From assembly GCF_030684315.1 (NCBI RefSeq), contig NC_081391.1, positions 13,617,342 to 13,681,341 of the forward strand: a stretch of DNA of 64,000 nt, written 5' to 3'. This stretch comes from Stegostoma tigrinum. Lineage: Eukaryota. The translations under genes were made by a program, and so were the position numbers. Positions 11,213-21,573 of this stretch are shown piece by piece (within the stretch, counting starts at the first letter, position 1; every line of letters begins with the position of its first letter). Under the pieces are notes generated by a model. The model ran no database searches. It saw only the letters and a list, made by a program, of their open reading frames with translations, and was not told the origin of the DNA.

Positions 11213-12420
11213 TAGAAAATAGAACCTAGAACAGTACAGCACAGTTCAGGCCCTTCAGCCCACGATGATGTGCCGAACGTTTATCCTAAACCCAAGGCCT
11301 GTCTCACCTCCACTACTTTATGCTATCATCCATATGCTTATCTAATAGCCGCTTAAATGCCCCTAACGAGGCCGACTCCACTACACTCTCCGGAAATGCA
11401 ATCCATGCCCCGGCCACTCTCTGAGTAAAGAACCTACCTCTGACGTCTCCTCTGTATCTACCTCCACTCACTTCAAAACTATGCCCCCTCATAATAGCTA
11501 ACTCCATCCTAGGAAAAAGTCTCTGGCTGTCTAATCTGCCTATACTTATGATCATTTTGTACACCTCTATCAAGTCACCTCTCATCCTTTGTTCTGAAGA
11601 GAAAAGCCCTCGTTCTCTCAACCTTTCCTCGTAAGACCTTCCCTCCATTCCAAGCAACATCCTGGTAAATCTCCTCTGCACCTTTTCTAACGCTTCCACA
11701 TCTTTGCTGGAATGAGGTGACCAGAACTGGACACAATACTCCAGATGTGGCCGAACCAGGCTTTTGTCTAGCAGGAGCATAACTTCACAGCTCTTGAACT
11801 CAATCCCTCTATGAATGAAAGCTAACACACCACACGCCTTCTTAACAACTCTATCCACCTGGCTGGCAGCTTTCAGGGAACTGTGGACATGAACCCCGAG
11901 ATCCTTCTGCTCCTCCACACTGCCAAGAATCTTTCCATTAACCCTGTATTCTGCTTTCAAATTTGTCCTTCCAAAATGAATCATTTACCAAAATCATAAA
12001 TAGAAGAGGACCCCGAACAGACCCTTGAGGTACACCACTCATAACTGAGCACCATGTTGAATATTTTCAGTCAACTGTCACCCATGTCTTCCATGGGTCA
12101 GCCAATTCTGAATCCAATCTGCCTCATTTCCCCCGTCGCATGCCTCCTGACTTTCTGCCCGAGCCTGCCATGGGCAACCTGATCAAACGCCTTACTTCAA
12201 TCCATGTATCCCACATTCACTGATCTACCTTCATTCACATGTTTGGTCATCACTTCAAAGAATTCAATCAGATTTGTGAGGCATGATGTGATCATTAATT
12301 CTGTTTCTTAGAGTCCTTCCCATTAATTTGCCAACCACTGGCATAAGACTAGCTGGCCTGTAATTTCCAGGGTTACCCCGATTCCCTTTTTTGAACACAT
12401 GAATAATATTCACATTTGTC
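11213..12420 (-). mobile_element. 5'-truncated CR1-clade LINE with internal deletions
   Basis: ORF 11313-11984 contains [23 protein letters not shown] and RGRFFTQRV. The TTCTA-type tail is at ~11213-11230. Confidence 0.93.
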
Positions 12421-13179
12421 CTTCAAAGCAAAAAGATAGCACTAGACTGCAACCTGCTATTTGAAGCAGATATTGAGTAAAAGTAACTTGCTTCCACCAG
12501 TCTGTACATCAGTGCTGTGATCATACTCGAACGTTCATTGGGGATCCTCAATTCCCAAAGCCTCACAGGCCACCAGTGCATGGGAGGCTGCTCCATTCAA
12601 CGCAGTTGCTGAGCCATACATTCTACAGAATGTAATGTAAACAGGACCAGAAACTCTCCACTTGGAAACATGCTGGAGTTAAGCTCTCGATCTACTTCAA
12701 ACAATTAAAAATCAAACTTTGCGATAGAAAGTTTGCATGTGCTATACATTTCCAGCAGCAATGTAGACAGGGAGGTGTGAGGTCTACTATGCAGGAGAGG
12801 CACTCAGCACATTTAGCACCTTGCTTTTCAAACTGCACTTCATGAACCCAACGTCAAGGAGATCACAGCAGATTCAGAATGGATCCACAAAGGAATGAGC
12901 TTCCTGTATGAGATAACCCAAAAGCACATTGTTTCTGTCGCTGCACAGCAATAAGAAAATGTTTATTGTTAACAAAATCTGGCCATTTTTCAATGTGCTC
13001 CAACGCTGTTATTCAACAAGTACAAAGACTAATCCCTCAGAGTAACAAACTGACAGAATTCTGCCAATCTGTGATGAGTGTGTCTTAAGATATAATCTCA
13101 GACACAATTGTGAACTTCTAGAGTATATTTCATTGTCATTTTCTCATAGAAATACTTCCAGAATTTGCACTTGTGCAGG

Positions 13180-13365
13180 AGGTCAAAGGTCATTCAGCAA
13201 TTCCATCATCGACCAGTTGTCAATTCTGATCGTTTTCTGGATCCAATTCCCATCCTGCACTGATTGGACGTGGCAGCTGATCAATTGATTAACAAGAGTG
13301 ATTGGCCATCACTGATGATGTCATTTCCTGCTTCATAAAATGAGAGTCTGCTCCTGGAGTATAAG
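13180..13365 (+). promoter_or_regulatory. Promoter of F2
   Basis: Perfect DR1 AGGTCAAAGGTCA 13180-13192, two inverted CCAAT boxes, TATAAG 13360-13365. Confidence 0.65.
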
Positions 13366-13464
13366 TAATGCCCCAAGGACGTTATGTTTTTTTGTCTAGT
13401 TGATGTTGGTTCTAAATTGGTCACTTATGTCGTGAATAGAGTAAAACAAACTCCTCATCACAAG

Positions 13465-16400
13465 ATGGCCTCCCAGATTAGTCAGAACTATCACCAGGAT
13501 TGTGAAGCTGCTGTCAACAAGCAGATTCATGTGGAGCTCACTGCCTCCTATCTCTATCAGTCTTTGGTGAGTGTTGTCCCTAGGGGGTTAAAACTTGATC
13601 TATGTAGTTGCAGTAAATGGTTTCTCTTGAATTTAAATAACTGGACACTCTCTCTGGTCGACTGAGTTTTGTGGTCCTTTCCTAAATATTAATTCAGGAT
13701 AAGGGCAATGTTACTATACCAATGGGGTTTGATAATGATGTACTCTGAAGCTGGGTCCCAGTTGGCATTTGGAGATATGTGGAGGTTTAAGTGTCCCTGG
13801 AGATATTTGCCAGTTTTGATTGGCAGTAGATGTCATTCCCTCTAAGATTACACAGCAGGCTGAGCAGGATGGCTGATGTTTTGGGGCTTGACCCTTCTGA
13901 AGGTGTGTCTAGGCCCAAAACATCAGCTTTCCTGCTCCTTTGCTTGGCCTGATGTGTTCATTCAGCTCTACATCATTGTATCTCAAGGGGTAGAGTGTGT
14001 TTGGAGGTTGTGTTGAAGTAACCTTGGTGAGTGCTGCAGGGGACCTGGTAGATAATGGACCCTGAAAGGAGGTGGTGAATGCAGTCCCCATCAAGTGGGC
14101 TGCTCTGTCCTGGATGGTGTCTGCTTCTTGCAAGTGGCAGCTCCACCTCCACGGACACATGGAGAAGCTTCATCACACTCAGCTTTTGTCTCTTAGAAAG
14201 AAGATGCCTCATGACAGATGGATGAAGCCTGTGTAAACTCCATTTGGGAGGTGGGTACAGCTTTCATTGGTGAGCTAGTTGATGGGTGTTAATTCCTGAC
14301 CAGGGTCCCAATTCCCTTGGGCAACATGTGTGCCAATTCTAAAATCCTTCCTATTCTCTCCTGCCACAGCTTGTCCCTACCCCAATTAAACAGCCAAGAA
14401 ATTTTGTTTGACTGCTTCTGCTTCAAGAAAGTAACTTCCCACCAGGTTTCCTCAACAACAAAACCCTTAGCTCCTGTTTCAAATATCAGAAGAATAGCCC
14501 TTCATAAACCTCAAGGCATTGGATTGTGAATATCTCGGTTCGGAAGTGAGTCACATATGGGTGGACAAACAACAGAACGCTGCCTGCTGGAATAAGCCAA
14601 ACTCTGGTGTCCAGCTTTGTGTTAACTAGTGATGTTAGATCAGCCATTATCTGGAGGTACATGTCGCATTGGCCTGCTCCCTCTCTCTCTCCCCCCCCTG
14701 CGTGCTCTTGTGGTCATGTGACCCTTGTTTTCTCCCCCCTGACCCCTTCTGGATGTGAGTGCACTAATTTTAGTGTGCTATAAACTATAGCTGCAACAAT
14801 CCAGAGGCTGTTACTGGGTAGGTTTTCCTTTGCACTACTTGTTGTTGCTTTCTCTCATTCGCCGCTACTATATCTTGTAGTAATAAAATATACCGTACAC
14901 TCAATCTCCCTGGTTTTGAGGCCGCAGAAACCTTGCTTCCTCCTGGTTATATTGTTACAGCAGTGTCTAACATGCATTTCCATGCCAGCCCCAAAGGAGC
15001 AATAGTGTTGCAGCTCCGCTACTCAACTATAGCCTGCACTCCAGCTCCTGGTGCTTGTTTCAGCTGTTTTTTAGGCTCTAAATTTGTCCAATTCAGATGA
15101 AGGTTAGTGAGTGAAAACATGGCTGGATGTAAGAAGAGCTATAATGCTGTGCCAGACAGCCTGAGCAATTCACTGTTTTAAGCCAAACTTTTGCCAGTTT
15201 CCAATAGGAAATTGGGATTGTTGTTAGTTCCCAGTTGAAGGATCCGCTGGCCAGCTGGATATCAGTGGATTCTCAACCATGTTCACATACCACGCAGTTA
15301 ACAGCTAACTGAGCAGTTAGCTTGCTGCAGAAGGCTGAACTAGAATTTGGAGTCAGTGCTGTGTTCAATGGGCTTTAACATGTTCTCTCCCTTCCAGATG
15401 ACCTACTTTGACTGGGATGATGTGGCCCTCCCCCACTTCTCCCAGTTCTTCAAAGATCAGTCCCAGGTGAAGCAGGAACCTGCAGAGAAGCTGCTGAAAT
15501 TCCAGAATCAGTGTGGAGGCAGAGGCTGAGTCCTCCTCCAGGATGTGAAGGTTGGAGTTGTGTGGGAGGGTTGCAGCTGTGGGGAAGAGAATGGCAGCTC
15601 TTGTGGTGCTGCTTCCTGTTGGGATGTAAAAATCCTCTTTTGGCCTGGCTTCCCTGTTTGATTTCTTTTGAAGGCAGTTTCTAAACTAGCCCTATTGTCC
15701 ACCATGTCTATGCTGCCCACAAACCTCAAACTACATTAACACAATTTCCTTGCACTTAGTCCACAGCCTACTATCTTCTGGCATGAAGAAGTTGTTGAGA
15801 TTAGGCTTAAATGTTGCTGGAGTAACTTCCTCCACTGACCCCTCAGGTCATGCATCCCATACCTCTCCCACCCTCCATTATCCTCCAATCTCCTCAAACC
15901 TGTGCCATCTGGTCTTCATGTCTGCCACAGGGACTGTCTATTGTCCATGCTCCCTGATCTTCCACACTTCCATGAGATAACCATCCCAGTCTATCCAACC
16001 TCCCTCTCATCATTGTTTTTTTTGTCAGTTTTCTTCCCCCATCTTGGGCCAACATCCTGATGACACTCACCTGTACCCCCTCCAGTGTCACCCTGCCCCT
16101 CTGATTGTGGTTCTGGTCACCACACTACATTCCATCTTTGGTCTGGCCAATGCTGCCATGTTTATGGCAAGACTCATCCTTTTTACTGATCCCCAACTCC
16201 TGGAGACCAGCATCCATGTCAGCCCCTTCCCCACTCTGTCTACCGTTGCTGAACCTTGAGGGATGGCCTTGGGCATTTGTTGCTTGTCCCTTTTACTGTA
16301 AGCACATTGCTGCTCCCTTCAATGAATTAAACAGCAGTGATGTCTGATCATCCTGCTCAGACATGTATGAAGCCACTGGCACAGGTGAGACATAGATGCC

Positions 16401-17610
16401 TGGCCTGCAAGGTCTAGATTGGTACTCTACCTCAAGAGCCCTTGAGACGAAGGTGTGAATGTCCTGATCTAAATGACAAATGGGCACTGGTGCAAACAGT
16501 TTAACTTTGTGTGAAATAAATCCCTGTCCCCACAATGACTTCATGCTTCAGATCAAGGATAAATGGAGCAAAGTGAAGTCACCTACAAGTCATCAATGTG
16601 GGTTTTAGGGGTGGCACAGTTGCTCAGTGGTTAGCACTGCTGCCTCAGTGCCAGGGACACAGGTTTAGCTCTGGCCTCTAGTGACTGGTGCTGACATGAT
16701 CAGTTTCTTCCTACAGTCCAAATATGGGCAGGCTGGGTGAAGTAGCTGTGGGGGAAATGCAGGGCTATGGGATCAGGTAAATCTGAGATCTGCTTCAGAA
16801 GGTTGATTGCAGACTCAATGGGCTGAATGGCCTGCTCCCATGCTGCAGGAAGTCTGATTCTGAGGCTTAACTGTTCTTCTTTCCCCCCTCCAGAAGCCAG
16901 AGAGGGATGAGTAGGGTAACAGCCTGCAGGCAATGCAAGTTCTCCTGGATCTGGAGAAGAACGTGAACCAGAGTTTGTTGGATCTACCCCAACTCGCCAC
17001 AGCCCAGACTGACCCTCATGTAAGCTTCACCTCTTCATTCTCACCACTGCCATGCCTCCTCAACTTCATTGGTTGATCTTTGTGGAGTGGAAAGTCACAC
17101 ACGTAACTCTGTCCAGATGCTACATTGTCATCATAATTATGTTATTAAGGTACAATGTTACAACTGCTCAACACTGAACTGAAATAGGAATTTGGATTAC
17201 AGTCTAGTGGGAATGCTGATGTGATTTTTGGCTGCTGAATTGGGATTGTTGCACTATACAATACAACTTGGAGCTCTTTAAGAAGGTGAGATGGATCAGC
17301 TGAAATGTTGTCGTCACTGGCATCAATTCTCCACCTGGTAGCAAGATTTTCAGGGCTGTCTAGAGCAAGTTATGGCTAAGGGTTTTTCAGTGGGAATTGT
17401 ACAATTGTCTTGGATAGTGTTAATGCACCCAGTTGTCATATTCCTCTGTTGCAGCTGTGTGACTTCCTGGAGACTCACTATTTGGATGAGGAGGTGGAGA
17501 TCATCAAGCAACTGGGTGACTACATCACCAACCTGAAGCACCTGGGAGCCCCTGAGAATGGGATGGAAGAGTACCTGTTTGACAGGCTCTCCCTGGAGGA
17601 CAGCAGTTAG
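13465..17610 (+). pseudogene. Ferritin pseudogene F2; exons 13465-13566, 15398-15550, 16894-17019, 17455-17610
   Basis: Exon 2 has a 6-nt duplication followed by an in-frame TGA (15527-15529, from CGA). Exon 3 has TGG>TAG (16912-16914). Also H65P and several other missense changes. Confidence 0.92.
13846..13975. repeat. Palindromic element derived from Penelope termini, in F2 intron 1
   Basis: gctgatgttttgggg..gacccttc pairs with gaagg..ctaggcccaaaacatcagc. The arms match the end of the Penelope copy at 50462-50540. Confidence 0.7.
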
Positions 17611-17872
17611 TGTGGCCTGGAGCACTGTCTACTTGGTCTGAATGCATGCCCCTCTTCACCTTGGACAACCTGTCTCCTTCCAAGGAGAAGGGACTTGGAG
17701 CAAAGAATGTAATGGCTGTAGCAGCCGAATGGGAATGAATAAAATGATGTGTTGATCTTGCTTATTGTCCATCATTCAGAGAACTGAGTGGTGTCTCTCG
17801 AGAGCTTGAAGCCTGTAATCTTTCTGTAGTTTGATTGGCTGGTCCAATTACAATTGGACATGAGACTAATTT

Positions 17873-18171
17873 GGGGCGGCACGGTGGCTCAGTGGTTAGC
17901 ACTGCAGCCTCACAGCGCCAAGGACCCGGGTTCAATTCCCACCTCAGGCGACTGTCTGTGTGGAGTTTGCACATTCTCCCCGTGTCTGCGTGGGTTTCCT
18001 CCGGGTGCTCCGGTTTCCTCCCACAGTCCAAAGATGTGCAGGCTAGGTGGATTGGACATGCTAAATTGCCTGTAGTGTTCAGGGTTATGGGGGCATGGGC
18101 CTGGATGGGATGCTTCAAAGGGCGGTGTGGACTTGTTGGGCCGAAGGGCCTGTTTCCACGCTGTAGGGCAT
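17873..18171 (+). mobile_element. Young full-length tRNA-derived V-SINE (HE1-like)
   Basis: A box TGGCTCAGTGG, B box GGTTCAATTCC, V-domain gtgtggagtttgcacattctccccgtgtctgcgtgggtttcc. Tail gggccgaagggcctgt is shared with the CR1 3' end. Flanking direct repeat CTAATT at 17866-17871 and 18172-18177. Confidence 0.92.
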
Positions 18172-19725
18172 CTAATTCACTGGGTCTTTTGACAATTTCC
18201 CCACCTCACTGGTCAGGGATAATGAGATGGAGTGCCTCCTTTGTGTGAAACAAGATATTCCCCTCCCACCAGAATTTGAGGTTGTGGTTTGATGCTGTTG
18301 GCCGAGAAAACGTTTTCGACAATGACTAGCATACTGTTGGATGTGGTGTGCACAATTGTAGTTAACAGAACGTGGAATTCCTTTTGCAAAAGCAACTTCC
18401 CACACCTTTTATCAAAAGCTGGGACCAGGCCCCAACATTCTGAAAATTAGGGAAATTTTAACTTGTACATGGATAAGGCATGGAAAAATTAACGTTAAAT
18501 ACCTTTCCTCATCAGCCTCCCTGAACAGTACCTTACACTCCAAGTGACAGAAATCACAATTTGACGACAAAACTAACTAATCTGCTGGCTGGATCAGCTC
18601 AGCCGAAGGAGGTGAGATATCGGGATGTGTTTCCTTGCCCGGGGCAGGAACCAGCTCATTGGGAGAGGATACCACTTCAGCTGGTCTGCTATTCATTGTG
18701 ACTCGGGCCCTAACATGACGTGACGAGTATATTCTATTCTCAGTTCTCAGCATTGTTGTCTCCTTTGTTTCTGTTACTTTTTTCTTTACACCCCCCTCCC
18801 CCACAACCATGTGTGCAGCCCAACAGCGTTGGGTGCTGGTAAAGGGTCAAACCAGGACCAGCAGTCAAGGTGGTGGGGGGTGGGGTGCCACGTGCCACTC
18901 TCTAAAACCCATTCACCCTTCCCTTGTTACACGTCTCCACCAGTTGGCAATGCTCACCAGTTGATTCCTCCTTCAGTCTGAGTTACCACACGGTGACACT
19001 TCAGGGGATTTTATATCCACTTCAGCTCCAAAAGGAGTCAATGCCCATGGTTGCTGGGGGCAGTATGCGCAGAAGCAATCCCAATTTGTCCGAATGTGGC
19101 TCCCTTATTCCACTTTCTTTCCCTATCCTTGCACTTACTCTACCGCTTCATCCAAGGAAAAATTTTCAAGCCTACCACCCCCAAGGCCTGGGAAAGTGCA
19201 GCCCAAATTTTCACAGCAGCCTCTATCAGACAGTCAGCTCACATTCACCTGAGCTGTATGGGCGTATAATGCCTGCTCTTGATGCCACCCACAGTGGCAG
19301 TGTCTTGAGCATAGCATAGCACAGCAGCGCTCCTGGTTAAATGTTGCCATTTGATTGGCTCTTGCTGCTAAAGCCTGCATTGAGCGCACTAAGCTGCTCC
19401 TTTGGTTCCTCTGAGCCTCCCCCACGGTGAGCGTTACTCCTGATGCAGGTTAATTGGGTGAAATCACATTGAAGGAGCAGTGTGACTCAGAGAGGAGACT
19501 TGGAGATGCTGATTTTCCTGTCCCCCTGCTTCCCTTATCTTTCGAGGGGTCAGAGATCCTGGGTTAGGGAGGGGGCTATCAGAGACATCCTGAGGATTGT
19601 TCCAGGGAGTTTTGTAGCGAGTGCACACTGCAGCCTGCATGAGGGTGTGGGTCTTTAAGGCACTGAGCGTGTTTGTTCCTCCACAGAGAGCAGTTTAATT
19701 GCAGCAAATTGAAGTCTTGGCTGGA

Positions 19726-20740
19726 GAATCCCAATAGTGCAGCAAGAGGATATTAGGCCCATTAAATCTGCATCGACCCACTGAACCACATCCTGCTCAG
19801 ACCCAACCCATTTGCTTAACCCCACGGACAATCGAATTACCTTGGATGCGCATTGTCACTATGGGGCTATTTAGTATTACCAACCCACCTACCCTGCAAA
19901 TCATTGGGCTGTGTGAAGAAACTCAAGCACCTGGAGGAAATCCACGCAGGCCATCAGCCAGGGGTAGAATCGAACCTGGGTCCCTGGCACTGAGGCGCCA
20001 AAACATTCTAAAGTACCAAAGGGAAGGAATGCACTGTGGCAAACTACGTCATGGGAATAGACTCTGCAGCCCAGCCCGAACTTGCAGACCAGGTTTTCAT
20101 AAACTGTGTAGTGCCATTTGCCTACATTTGGCCCATCTTTCTCTAAACCGTTCCTTTCCATGTAAATCTCCAAATGTCACTTAAATGTTGTAATTCTATC
20201 CACCTCGACCACTTCCTCTGGCAGCTCGTTCCATGCACGTACCACCCTCTGTGTGAAAATGTTGTCCCTCACGCCCCTTTTAAATCCTTCCCCCTCTCCC
20301 ATCAAACCGGTGCCCTCTAGTTTTGGACCCCCCTACCCTGTCCCAGCATGCTTTTTATATACAGTCAATCTTGAGTGTGCCAATGGCAAGGCTACATTTA
20401 GTGCTCAGCAACTGTTCCACTTCAGGAGGTGGTGATGAGCTGCTTATTACAGTCCACCTGGTGTAGGAGAGACCGGAATGATGCTGCTGCTGCTGCTGAG
20501 GAGGGGCTTCTGGGATTTTCGTTCACAAACAGGGATAGTGTTCCAAGTCAGGATGGTGACAGATTTACATGGAGCTGCTTGAGTGTCGTCGGAGCTGCCT
20601 CAAGCGAGAACATTGTAAACTATTCCAGCACTACTCCCAACTTCAGCCTTATTGACGGTGGACAGGTTTTGGAAACTCAGGAGTTGAGTACTTCCTGACA
20701 GAATTCCCAGCATCTGAATTCCCAGTTTCTGAGCTGTACC
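19726..20740 (-). mobile_element. Composite of degenerate V-SINE (~19726-20000), CR1 3' end (~20030-20335) and L2-type 3' end (~20345-20740)
   Basis: CR1 C-terminus-like YMERNGLEKDGPNVGKW. L2-type LGIL..TQLLSFQNLSTVNKAEV and tail motifs caccatcctgacttggaa and gcagctcatcaccacct. Repeated at ~28200-29220, ~45275-46350 and ~63000-64000. Confidence 0.7.
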
Positions 20741-21298
20741 ATCTACAGAACGCAATGTATACAGGACCAGAAATTCCTCACTTGGAAACCTGCTGGGGTT
20801 AATCGCTAGTTCTACTTCAAACAATGAAAAACGAAACTGGGAGACAGAAATGTTCAACGTGCGATACATTTCTAGCAGCAACTGAGACATAGAGGCCTGA
20901 GGCCTACTGTGTAGAAGAGGCACTCAGCACATTTAGCGTTTTGCTTTTCAAACTGGGCCTTCAAGGTCAAGGTCAGGGAGATCACATCAGATGCAGATTG
21001 GATCCACAAAGTACATCAGTTGCCTGTTTTAGATGATCCAAAAGCACATTATTTCTGTTGCGGCACAGAAATAGGAAAATGTTCAGATCAACCAAATCGA
21101 GCCATTTTTCAAAGAGCTCCAACACCAATGTTCAAAAATTATGACGACTAATCCCTCAGAATAACAATCTGACAGAATTCTGCAAATCTGTGATGAATGT
21201 GTCTTAACGCACAACTTCAGATACAGACGTGAAGTTTTAGAGCATACTTTATTCTCATTTTCAGGGAGATGTCCTCCCAGAATTTGCACTTGTTCAGG

Positions 21299-21487
21299 AG
21301 GTCAAAGATCATTTCAGCAATTTCATCATCAACCACTCATCAATTCTGATTGGTTTTTTGACCCGATTCCCATCCTGCACTGATTGGATGTGGCAGCTGA
21401 TCAATTGATTAACAAGAGTGTTTGGCCATCACTGATGATCTCATTTCCTGCTTCATAAAATGAGTGTTGGCTCCTGGAGTATAAATA
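21299..21487 (+). promoter_or_regulatory. Promoter of F3
   Basis: DR1 AGGTCAAAGaTCA 21299-21311, inverted CCAAT, CAGCTG, TATAAATA 21480-21487. Confidence 0.7.
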
Positions 21488-21573
21488 GAGTCCCAGGGCA
21501 GGGATGTTTATTGTTGTTCTTAACTTTGTCATTTTTGTGGTGTGGAAACTAAAGCAAGCTTTTCCTTTATATG

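Noticed and set aside
15527-15529. In-frame TGA as selenocysteine or readthrough
   Set aside because: It derives from CGA by CpG decay, and a second stop (TAG) follows in exon 3.
17873-17950. tRNA gene
   Set aside because: The A/B boxes belong to a SINE head followed by a V-domain and LINE-derived tail.
20600-20923. Recurrent minus-strand ORF MPLLHSRPQ... (also 29049 and 48015) as a novel antisense gene
   Set aside because: Its C-terminal half is L2-type LINE relic, the frame is not kept across units, and I recognise no family or splice structure.
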